Of a DNA stretch of 38,423 nucleotides, positions 1 to 7,840 are shown one piece after another. A program made the translations under genes and the position numbers. Every line of letters starts with the position of its first letter. Within the stretch, counting starts at the first letter, position 1. The notes under the pieces were generated by a model, which had not been told where the DNA came from, made no database searches, and saw only the letters and a program-made list of their open reading frames with translations. Source of the DNA: Caulobacteraceae bacterium (GTDB taxonomy: Bacteria > Pseudomonadota > Alphaproteobacteria > Caulobacterales > Caulobacteraceae); contig CANMXH010000001.1 in assembly GCA_947501315.1 (NCBI GenBank), positions 1 through 38,423 on the forward strand, read 5' to 3'.

Positions 1-183
1 GCGACGGACTTTATCCCCGGTCGCAGCTGGATCCGACAGCTGTCGGGGGCCGAACAGCACAGCCGCCATGTTCAGTCCGCCATCCAGGCCGGCCGGATAC
101 GCCGGGCCTTCCTCAAGGGAACGGGGATGCAGCGCAACTGCGCCCCGCCCGCGGCACCGGGCTGGTTCCGGCCCCGGAGATAG
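1..183 (+). CDS. Possible 3' end of a CDS entering the window (unknown product)
   Basis: Frame 1 is open from base 1 to TAG at 181-183 (ATDFIPGRSWIRQLSGAEQHSRHV...GWFRPRR*). It is convergent with tgt. No family recognised. Confidence 0.35.
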   Translation, partial: ATDFIPGRSWIRQLSGAEQHSRHVQSAIQAGRIRRAFLKGTGMQRNCAPPAAPGWFRPRR

Positions 184-307
184 GGGTTGGGGGTGGGGTG
201 TGGGGTCAGGACGGTCCCGGGGGTTTCGACGTCAGGCCAGAGAGTAACCGGTCGGCGTTTTGGTCGCGGCTTTGCCCAACACCCCATACCCCACACCCAA
301 CCCCCTA
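181..307. repeat. Imperfect inverted repeat built from G-rich heptamers (GGGGTGT-like)
   Basis: Left arm 181-207 is taggggttgggggtggggtgtggggtc. Right arm ~275-307 reverse-complements to tagggggttgggtgtggggtatggggtgttggg. Confidence 0.75.
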
Positions 308-1420
308 GCCGTTCGACGTGTGCCGGGCGTGGAAGTCTCGCCGGAAGGCCTCGAACCGGCCCTGGGCGATGGCGTCGCGCATGGCCGCCGTCAGGGTCTG
401 GAAGAAGGCGATGTTGTGCCAGCTCAGCAGGACCTTGCCGAGGATCTCATCGGCGCGGATCAGGTGGTGCAGATAGGCCTTGGAATAGTCCTGTGAGGCC
501 GGGCAGGGGACGTCGGGCTCCAGCGGGTCCTGATCCTCGGCGAAACGGGCGTTCTTCAGATTGATCGGCCCGGCCCAGGTCCAGGCCTGGCCGTGGCGCC
601 CGGCGCGGGTGGGAAGGACGCAGTCGAACATGTCGACCCCGCGCCACACCGCCTCGACCAGATCGACCGGCTTGCCGACCCCCATCAGATAACGCGGGCG
701 ATCAACGGGCAGCATGTCCGGTGCATAGTCCAGCACCTCGCACATGGCCTGATGGCCTTCGCCGACCGCGAGGCCGCCGATCGCATAGCCGTCGAAGCCG
801 ATCTCCTGCAGCCGGTCCGAGGACTCGCGGCGCAGGTTTTCGAAGGTCGAACCCTGCTGGATGCCGAACAGGGCCTGTGTCTCGCGGGTCCCGAAGGCCG
901 CCTTGGATCGGGCGCCCCAGCGCACCGACAGCTCCATGGCGGCACGGGCGGCGGGTTCCTCGGCGGGCCAGCTGACGCACTGGTCCAGCTGCATGGAGAT
1001 GTCGGCACCGATGCGGTCGGCCTGGATCTCGATTGACCGTTCAGGGCTGAGGACGTGTCTGGAGCCGTCGATATGGCTGGCGAAGGTGACGGCCTCCTCC
1101 TTCACCTTCGAGATGCCGGCGAGGGACATGACCTGGAAGCCGCCGCTGTCGGTCAGGATGGGTTTGGTCCAGCCCATGAATTTGTGCAGCCCGCCCAGCC
1201 GCTCCATCCGCTCCGGCCCGGGGCGCAGCATCAGGTGATAGGTGTTGCCGAGGAGGATGTCGGCCCCGGTCTGGGCCACCTGATCCACGGTCATCGCCTT
1301 GACCGTGGCAGCGGTGCCGACAGGCATGAAGGCAGGCGTGCGGATGTCACCGCGCGGCGTCTTCAGCACCCCGGTGCGGGCGCGGCCCTCGGTGGCGGTG
1401 ATGTCGAAGGGAAAGGGCAT
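305..1420 (-). CDS. tgt: tRNA-guanine transglycosylase
   Basis: Motifs [42 protein letters not shown] at 1420 overlaps the queA stop (TGATG). Confidence 0.97.
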   Translation of the reverse strand: MPFPFDITATEGRARTGVLKTPRGDIRTPAFMPVGTAATVKAMTVDQVAQTGADILLGNTYHLMLRPGPERMERLGGLHKFMGWTKPILTDSGGFQVMSLAGISKVKEEAVTFASHIDGSRHVLSPERSIEIQADRIGADISMQLDQCVSWPAEEPAARAAMELSVRWGARSKAAFGTRETQALFGIQQGSTFENLRRESSDRLQEIGFDGYAIGGLAVGEGHQAMCEVLDYAPDMLPVDRPRYLMGVGKPVDLVEAVWRGVDMFDCVLPTRAGRHGQAWTWAGPINLKNARFAEDQDPLEPDVPCPASQDYSKAYLHHLIRADEILGKVLLSWHNIAFFQTLTAAMRDAIAQGRFEAFRRDFHARHTSNG

Positions 1421-2478
1421 CAGGCGGCCCGGAACAGCAGGCTGCCGTCCCCATAGGAATAGAACCGGTATCCGTCCGCCACCGCATGGGCATAGGCCGC
1501 CTTCATCGTCTCCAACCCGGCAAAGGCGCTGACCAGCATGAACAGGGTCGATTTCGGCAGGTGGAAATTGGTCATCAGCACATCGACGGCGCGGAAGCGG
1601 TAGCCGGGGGTGATGAAGATGGCGGTGTCGCCCTGGAAGGGCTGAATGTCGCCCTCGGGCGTCGTGGCGCTTTCGAGCAGCCGCAGGCTGGTTGTTCCGA
1701 CGCAGACGATGCGGCCGCCGGCGGCGCGGACAGCGTTCAGGGCTGCGGCGGTGTCGGCGGAGACCTCCCCCCATTCGGAATGCATCCTGTGGTCTGCGGT
1801 GTCGTCGGCCTTGACCGGCAGGAAGGTCCCGGCCCCGACGTGCAGGGTCAGGGCATGGGTTGAGACCCCGCGCGCCTTCAGGGCCTCCATGAGGGCCGGG
1901 GTGAAATGCAGACCGGCCGTGGGCGCGGCGACCGACCCGTCCAGTTGCGCGAACATGGTCTGGTAGTCCGAGAGGTCCCGGTCGTCCTCGGGCCGCCTGG
2001 CCGCGATATAGGGGGGCAGGGGCATAACCCCGACAGCCCGGATGGCGTCGTCCAGTGCCGGGCCGGCGAGATCGAAGCGCAGGGTGACGAGGCCATCCTC
2101 GGCCTTGGCCGTGACCGTGGCGGTCAGGCCCTGGAACGTGACCCTGTCTCCGGCCTTCAAACGCTTGCCCGGCTTCATGAAGGCCGACCAGACCTCGGGC
2201 GCATCGCGGTGATGCAGGGTGGCCTCGACGGCGACGGTCAGGATCTCGCCCTCGGCTCCGGTCCGCTCGCGCACGCCGGACAGCCGCGCCGGGATCACCC
2301 GCGTGTCGTTGAACACCAGGGCGTCGCCGGGGCGCAGGAAGTCCGGCAGGTCGCGGACGATCCGGTCCTCCAGCGTGCCGTTCTTCACGACCAGCATGCG
2401 CGCGGAATCCCTCGGCTCGGCGGGGCGGAGCGCGATGTGGCTGTCGGGCAGGTCGAAGTCGAAATCAGCGGTCTTCAT
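1420..2478 (-). CDS. queA: S-adenosylmethionine:tRNA ribosyltransferase-isomerase
   Basis: [11 protein letters not shown] start, [53 protein letters not shown]. Confidence 0.97.
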   Translation of the reverse strand: MKTADFDFDLPDSHIALRPAEPRDSARMLVVKNGTLEDRIVRDLPDFLRPGDALVFNDTRVIPARLSGVRERTGAEGEILTVAVEATLHHRDAPEVWSAFMKPGKRLKAGDRVTFQGLTATVTAKAEDGLVTLRFDLAGPALDDAIRAVGVMPLPPYIAARRPEDDRDLSDYQTMFAQLDGSVAAPTAGLHFTPALMEALKARGVSTHALTLHVGAGTFLPVKADDTADHRMHSEWGEVSADTAAALNAVRAAGGRIVCVGTTSLRLLESATTPEGDIQPFQGDTAIFITPGYRFRAVDVLMTNFHLPKSTLFMLVSAFAGLETMKAAYAHAVADGYRFYSYGDGSLLFRAA

Positions 2479-2537
2479 CAGGCGGGGCAATGGCCACGCG
2501 GGAGGGGGCGGGTCAAGGCGCTCCCAACGGCTGGCCG

Positions 2538-3020
2538 CTATCCAAGACGAGCCAATCCGAGCCTGCGGGCGGCGGCGGCACCCTGAACGGTGGCGTCCGG
2601 AGGAAGGCGCACGCCGTCGCAGACGATGCGAGCGACAAAGTCCCAGGTATCGTTGGCCTCGATCTCTCGTTCGGCTTCGGCCGGGAAAGAGGCGACCCAA
2701 GCCCCCGTGGGCCCAAACGCACTGTAGCCGAGGACTTTCTGAGTGCGGCGGGCGCAGTCGATCTCCAGTTCCGTCGTCTCCTGATCGATCGGCCCGTTGG
2801 GACTCGGGATCGCTTCCACATACACGCGATAGTTGGTGACTCTGACGCGGTCGCCGGATCGGTTTTTCGAGTTCTCGACGATGAAGTTGGCTGCTCTCGC
2901 GGTGCCAGCGAAAAGAGTATAGCCTCCATCGGGCAGTTGCCGGGCTTGGCCCTGGGCGGACGTGACAAAGACGGCGGACAGGGCTGCGCTCAAGAGTGAG
3001 GTCCAAGCGGCACTTTTCAT
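2538..3020 (-). CDS. Exported hypothetical protein (surface-adhesin-E-like, two Cys)
   Basis: Signal peptide ending SAQG/QA. Beta-rich body with EIDC...IVC, a probable disulfide. Confidence 0.65.
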   Translation of the reverse strand: MKSAAWTSLLSAALSAVFVTSAQGQARQLPDGGYTLFAGTARAANFIVENSKNRSGDRVRVTNYRVYVEAIPSPNGPIDQETTELEIDCARRTQKVLGYSAFGPTGAWVASFPAEAEREIEANDTWDFVARIVCDGVRLPPDATVQGAAAARRLGLARLG

Positions 3021-3132
3021 GGATTTGTTCGCTAGCGATTGGAACGGATCAGCGCTCCTCTATAAATCATACGGCGGCGTTGGCCCAATCCGGTCGTTGA
3101 CCCCAAGGCTCTGACGCGCCAAAGCCCCTCGA

Positions 3133-4806
3133 ATGCTGCACTCCCTCGAAACCCTCGCGCGCGACGCCAAATCCTGGCCGTTCGAACAGGCCCGCAACCT
3201 TCTCGCCCATGTGCTGAAGAAGCGGCTGGACGATGCCGGGCGGACCGCCGCCAAACTGCTGATCGACGCCGGCAAGGCGGATGAGGCGCTGGCGACCTTC
3301 GAGGCGCTGCAGAAGCCCGTCATCTTCGAGACCGGCTATGGCCCGTCGGGTCTGCCGCATATGGGCACGTTCGGCGAGGTGGCACGCACGACCATGGTGC
3401 GCAACGCCTTCCGCGCCCTTACCGGTGACCACTGGCCGACGCGGCTGATCGCGTTTTCGGACGACATGGACGGCCTGCGCAAGGTGCCCGAGGGCATTCC
3501 CAATCCGGAGATGCTGGCCGAGGACCTGCACAAGCCGTTGACTGTGGTGCGCGACCCGTTCGGGACGCACGACAGCTTCGGGGCGCACAACAACGCCCGC
3601 CTGCGGGCCTTCCTCGATGGTTTCGGCTTCGACTACGAATTCCTGTCCTCGACCGAGCAGTACCGGTCGGGCCGGTTCGACGCGACGCTGCTGACCCTGC
3701 TGGACCGGTTCGATGCCGTGCAGGCCATCATGCTTCCGACGCTGGGAGAGGAGCGGCGCGCCACCTATTCGCCCTTCCTGCCGGTCAGCCCCATCAGCGG
3801 CCATGTGCTGCAGGTGCCGACCCTGGAGCGGAATGTGGAGAAGGGGACCATCGTCTTTGACGACCCCGATGGCGGGCGTACCGAACTGCCCGTCACCGGT
3901 GGCCATGTGAAGCTGCAGTGGAAGCCGGACTGGGCCATGCGCTGGACGGCGCTGGACGTCGACTATGAGATGTCGGGCAAGGATCTGATCGAGAGCGTGC
4001 GCGAGAGCTCGAGGGTCTGCCGCGCCCTCGGCGGCACGCCGCCCGAGGGCTTCAACTACGAGCTCTTCCTCGACGTCGAGGGCAAGAAGATCTCCAAGTC
4101 CAAGGGCAATGGCCTGACCATGGACGAGTGGCTGCGCTACGGCACGCCGGAGTCGCTGAGCTGGTACATGTTCCAGTCGCCGAAATCGGCCAAGAGCCTG
4201 CATTTCAACGTCATCCCGCGGGCCATCGACGACTGGCTGGCCTTCATCGAGGCCTACAAGACCCAGGAACCCGCCAAGCAGATCGATAATGCGGTCTGGT
4301 CGATCCATGCCGGGTCGCCGCCGACGCATACTTCGCCGGTCTCCTTCGCCTTGCTGCTGAACCTCGTCGCCGTGGCCAATGCCTCGAACAAGGACCAGCT
4401 GTGGGCGTATTTCGCGAAATACCTGCCTTCGGCCACACCCGCCAGCGAGCCGCTGCTCGACCGGCTGATGGGCCATGCCCTGAACTACTACGAGGACTTC
4501 GTCAGGCCGGCGAAGTCGTATCGCCTGCCGGAAGACAGGGAGAAGGCGGCCCTGCTGGACCTCGCGACGCGCCTGAAGGCCCTGCCGGCCGATACGACCG
4601 ATGGTGAACTGATCCAGACCGAGGTCTATGCTGTCGGCAAGGAGCACGCCTTCGAGCCCCTGCGCGGCTGGTTCGGGGCGCTGTACGAGGTGCTGCTGGG
4701 CGCGTCGCAGGGGCCGCGCTTCGGCTCATTCGCGGCCATCTACGGCTTGCCGCAGACGATCGAACTGATCGAGGCAGGCGCGAACGGCAGTCTCGCCGGG
4801 GCCTGA
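3133..4806 (+). CDS. lysS: Lysine--tRNA ligase, class I
   Basis: ETGYGPSGLPHMGT (HIGH-like), DDMDGLRKVP, KLQWKPDWAMRW, KISKSKGN (KMSKS-like), QGPRFGSF. Confidence 0.96.
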   Translation: MLHSLETLARDAKSWPFEQARNLLAHVLKKRLDDAGRTAAKLLIDAGKADEALATFEALQKPVIFETGYGPSGLPHMGTFGEVARTTMVRNAFRALTGDHWPTRLIAFSDDMDGLRKVPEGIPNPEMLAEDLHKPLTVVRDPFGTHDSFGAHNNARLRAFLDGFGFDYEFLSSTEQYRSGRFDATLLTLLDRFDAVQAIMLPTLGEERRATYSPFLPVSPISGHVLQVPTLERNVEKGTIVFDDPDGGRTELPVTGGHVKLQWKPDWAMRWTALDVDYEMSGKDLIESVRESSRVCRALGGTPPEGFNYELFLDVEGKKISKSKGNGLTMDEWLRYGTPESLSWYMFQSPKSAKSLHFNVIPRAIDDWLAFIEAYKTQEPAKQIDNAVWSIHAGSPPTHTSPVSFALLLNLVAVANASNKDQLWAYFAKYLPSATPASEPLLDRLMGHALNYYEDFVRPAKSYRLPEDREKAALLDLATRLKALPADTTDGELIQTEVYAVGKEHAFEPLRGWFGALYEVLLGASQGPRFGSFAAIYGLPQTIELIEAGANGSLAGA

Positions 4807-4837
4807 CCCCCGGGGGTGGCGGCGTGCATGGCGTTGA

Positions 4838-5473
4838 CTACTGGCTGACCCAGAGGATCCGGCCCATCCAGACGATCTCGTTCCGGGCCAGGGTGCGGGT
4901 ACCGTAGGCAGGATTGACGGAGGCGAGGGTCACGACCTGGGCCGTCAATGCCCCGATTTCCTTGGCCAGGGTCTCGCCGCCGGTGGTGCGCACCACCACC
5001 CGGTCGCCCTTGCGCACCTCCGTCGCCTCCCGATCGACGATGATCCGGTCGCCCTCCCGGTAAAGGGGATCCATGGAGTCGCCGACGATCCGCAGGCTCA
5101 GCAGGCTGTCCTTCGGCCGGGGCAGGTCGGTCTGTTCCCAGCCGTCTCCGACCGGCAGGCCCGCATCATCGAAATATCCGTCCTGTCCCGCCTGTGCCAT
5201 GCCCAGGAGGGGTATGGCTGCAGCCCGTTCAACCCCATCACGGGCCAGGGCGGCAAACTCTCCGAGCGACAGCCCGGTCGCCGTGAGGATGCGGGTCAGG
5301 CTCTCGGTTGAGGGCCAGCGGGGGCGGGGCGGCTCACCGGGGCCGAACCGTTTGGACGGGTTGAAACTGGTTGCGTCCAGACCGGCTCGCTTGGCCAGTG
5401 CGGAGACGCTGAGTCCCTCGTGCCGGGCGAGGCTGTCGATCGCTTTCCAGAGCTGGGCATGGGAGAGGGGCAT
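4838..5473 (-). CDS. HTH + peptidase S24 (LexA/CI-like) transcriptional repressor
   Basis: N-terminal HTH (GLSVSALAKRAGLDATSFNPSKR...RWPSTES), AQAG cleavage-like site, GDSM Ser, LAKE Lys, L.SVNPAY. Confidence 0.88.
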   Translation of the reverse strand: MPLSHAQLWKAIDSLARHEGLSVSALAKRAGLDATSFNPSKRFGPGEPPRPRWPSTESLTRILTATGLSLGEFAALARDGVERAAAIPLLGMAQAGQDGYFDDAGLPVGDGWEQTDLPRPKDSLLSLRIVGDSMDPLYREGDRIIVDREATEVRKGDRVVVRTTGGETLAKEIGALTAQVVTLASVNPAYGTRTLARNEIVWMGRILWVSQ

Positions 5474-5551
5474 GGGGTCCGCCGCGGCTCACATCGGGCC
5501 GAGTCGGGGGCATCTTAGGAATGAATACCCAGGACCTCAATCCGGGAAAGC

Positions 5552-5980
5552 CTATTCCAGACCGGCGGCGCGCCGTTCCTGCCATGCCCAGAAGGTTCCG
5601 ATGGCGATGGAAAGAAGAATGCCGGTGCTGGCCAGGTTGATGACTGCATAGAAGGCGGAAACCGGGGGGCGGATGTCGACCAGGGTCAGGATGTGGCTCA
5701 TGACCGTCAATGACTGGAGAGCAGCGGTCCACACCGGCCACGCGCGCTCACTCTTCCATGCCAGGGCGATAAAGACGGCGAGCATGATGGCGTCGATCGC
5801 CATCAAACCCCACTGGGTGCCCCCTACGGCACCGTCATCCTGAATCAAGAGGGATGCAAACCAGGCAAGTACATATCCGCCGGCTGCAATACGCTCAGGC
5901 TCATCACCCTTCAGAAAAGCAAAAGCGACAACCAGAAGAGTAAGGCCAGCCCCGACCTGGGTCGCCAGCGTGTCAAACAT
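5552..5980 (-). CDS. Small multi-pass membrane protein, unknown function
   Basis: 142 aa, about 5 hydrophobic segments, with KGDEPER and AWP motifs. Confidence 0.8.
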   Translation of the reverse strand: MFDTLATQVGAGLTLLVVAFAFLKGDEPERIAAGGYVLAWFASLLIQDDGAVGGTQWGLMAIDAIMLAVFIALAWKSERAWPVWTAALQSLTVMSHILTLVDIRPPVSAFYAVINLASTGILLSIAIGTFWAWQERRAAGLE

Positions 5981-6013
5981 AAAACCGCCCCCATGCCTGA
6001 TGGCATGGGGGCG
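5980..6013 (-). terminator. Intrinsic-terminator-like hairpin abutting the start of the 5552-5980 gene
   Basis: 12-bp perfect stem, 5986-5997 with 6002-6013 (CGCCCCCATGCC/GGCATGGGGGCG), 4-nt loop, followed on the minus strand by GTTTTATGTTTG. Confidence 0.7.
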
Positions 6014-6068
6014 ATAGTGCAGCGAGTCTGAGCAGACCGGAATGACCGGCTTGCGATGTTACAGTGAA

Positions 6069-6422
6069 TTAAACCGCGCGGAGGCGGCTGGCGCGAGGCT
6101 GTTCGTCGGTGTTGTTCAGAGCAGCTTCTGCCGGCTTGTTCATGTGGCCGATCGCATAGACACCGAAGCCGTGGCGGCGATGATCCTTGGCCAGTTCTTC
6201 GTGGCAGGCGACGAGCGCGTCGCGGGCGGCGGACATGGCGGCGATCGCTTCCATGGCCCGGGCCTGCGAGGCGGCACCCGAGACGGCCGTAAGGTTGAGC
6301 GCGGTACGGGCACCAATCATGGTCTGGATCAGCGTGGTGGTCCGGGCGATGGCGGCGTCCAGGGACTGCTCCGCTGTGTTCAGGTCGCCGGCGATGCTGG
6401 TGATAACTTCGGCATTGTTCAT
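6069..6422 (-). CDS. Helical hypothetical protein (paralog B)
   Basis: GGAGG RBS just before ATG 6422. 117 aa (MNNAEVITSIAGDLNTAEQSLD...LRAV). Similar to 6458-6847. Confidence 0.8.
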   Translation of the reverse strand: MNNAEVITSIAGDLNTAEQSLDAAIARTTTLIQTMIGARTALNLTAVSGAASQARAMEAIAAMSAARDALVACHEELAKDHRRHGFGVYAIGHMNKPAEAALNNTDEQPRASRLRAV

Positions 6423-6457
6423 GTAAGCCTCCCGCATGTTCAACAAAGAAAAATACG

Positions 6458-6847
6458 TTAACAGGCGTTTGGGGCGTTTGGTAGGATTTTGTTTACCAGT
6501 TGAGGGTGGACGCCGGGGCCGTCGCCGCCTCCGCCGCCGATGGGCTCGCGGTCGCCGGGTTTGTCGAGGGGACCGACCGCGAGGTCGTCCAGTCCCAGCG
6601 TCCGTGCAAGAGCAGCGAGGGTATGGTGGGTCTGGACGATGTGGGCGCGCGCATCCGCGAGGGCGCTGATGGTAGCCGCAGTTCCCGTAAAGGCGCGCTG
6701 ACCCGCCGTGGCCGACAACCACGCGTCGACCCGCGCGGCCGGGAGAGCCGCCGCGAGAGATGCCGCTGAAACCAGGGCCTGATCGATCGCGGTTTCAGCG
6801 GCATAGAGGCGAGCGGCAAGCGCTTCACCGACATCAAGTCTGGTCAT
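6458..6847 (-). CDS. Helical hypothetical protein (paralog A)
   Basis: GGGAGA RBS before ATG 6847. 129 aa (MTRLDVGEALAARLYAAETAID...). Gap-free alignment to paralog B. Confidence 0.8.
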   Translation of the reverse strand: MTRLDVGEALAARLYAAETAIDQALVSAASLAAALPAARVDAWLSATAGQRAFTGTAATISALADARAHIVQTHHTLAALARTLGLDDLAVGPLDKPGDREPIGGGGGDGPGVHPQLVNKILPNAPNAC

Positions 6848-6911
6848 TCCGGATTCTCCCTGTGACAGAATACAACCGGGGAACCCAATCACAGGTCATG
6901 ACCCAATACAA

Positions 6912-7310
6912 CTATCGGTCGTCTTCAGCCATCAGGAAATGGGCGGTGAGCGCGGCGATTGGCTGGGATTCGTCGTCCTGCCAGGCCTCTGCAAGCACGT
7001 GCGCGACCCTGCGCCCGGCCTTGCTGATGCGGGCTCGGGCATGGACATCAACGGGCCGGCCTGAGCGGAGATAGGCCACAGTGACATTGATCGGTCTCGG
7101 CAGCTGCAACCGCGGGTACAAGGCGGCGACCTGGGCGACAGCGGTCAATTCGAGCATGGCGGCGGTCGAGCCGCCATGCAGGGCGGGCAGGACCGGGTTT
7201 CCGACCAATTTGACGTCGAACGGCATCGTCACGGTCAGCGACTGCCCCTCGCTCGCGGTCGTCAGACCCAGAAACCGGGCATAGGGGAGGCGGTCCAGAA
7301 GGTCGCTCAT
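6912..7310 (-). CDS. PaaI/hotdog-fold thioesterase
   Basis: LVGNPVLPALHGG, INVTVAYLRSG, KAGRRVA. ATGA overlap with the upstream paralog. Confidence 0.88.
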   Translation of the reverse strand: MSDLLDRLPYARFLGLTTASEGQSLTVTMPFDVKLVGNPVLPALHGGSTAAMLELTAVAQVAALYPRLQLPRPINVTVAYLRSGRPVDVHARARISKAGRRVAHVLAEAWQDDESQPIAALTAHFLMAEDDR

Positions 7311-7780
7311 TGGCCACCCACCGGTTCTGCCCTGAGATTGGAACCGAGGCTGCGGTTGCGCATCGAGGACAGGATGTAGGCGCTCTGAGCCGCAGCGACG
7401 GGGTCATCTGGACTGTCCTCGAAAGCCCAGGCGCGAACGAAGGCCACGGACCGGGTCAGGTGGTAGCAACGCGCCTCCGCGACCAGATCACGGCGCGCCG
7501 TGGCTGCCCGCATATAGTCGACGCGCAGGTCCAGGGTCGCGATTGCTTCAAATCTTCCGAGCGCGATCCACACGGCCAGCCCTCCAACATGGTCCAGCAA
7601 TGTGGTGACGAGACCACCCGACAAGACGCCGGTTTCCGGATCGCCGACCAGATCTTCCCGCCAGGGCGCGCGGATACGCACGCGATCGCCGTCCAGACTG
7701 TCGTAAACGAATCCGAGTGCGTGGGTGTGCGCCGCACCAGCGGCCAGCTGGGGGAGGATATCGAGGATCGGAGACTGCAT
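7307..7780 (-). CDS. PaaI/hotdog-fold thioesterase
   Basis: LVGDPETGVLSGGLVTTLLD, ATLDLRVDYMR. Start may instead be GTG 7807. Confidence 0.88.
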   Translation of the reverse strand: MQSPILDILPQLAAGAAHTHALGFVYDSLDGDRVRIRAPWREDLVGDPETGVLSGGLVTTLLDHVGGLAVWIALGRFEAIATLDLRVDYMRAATARRDLVAEARCYHLTRSVAFVRAWAFEDSPDDPVAAAQSAYILSSMRNRSLGSNLRAEPVGGQ

Positions 7781-7840
7781 GACCCGCTTCTCGGTCTGAC
7801 CGGACACGAGTGCAAGGGTGCTTGTGCAGGAACCGGTTGG

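Noticed and set aside
3067-4647. 526-aa antisense ORF over lysS (likewise 7310-8860, 16750-18282, 28045-29388, 36832-37914)
   Set aside because: These are shadow ORFs expected opposite high-GC genes and show no recognisable motifs.
4806-4817. Perfect palindrome ACCCCCGGGGGT after the lysS stop
   Set aside because: Too short, with no loop or U-tract. It cannot be supported as a terminator.
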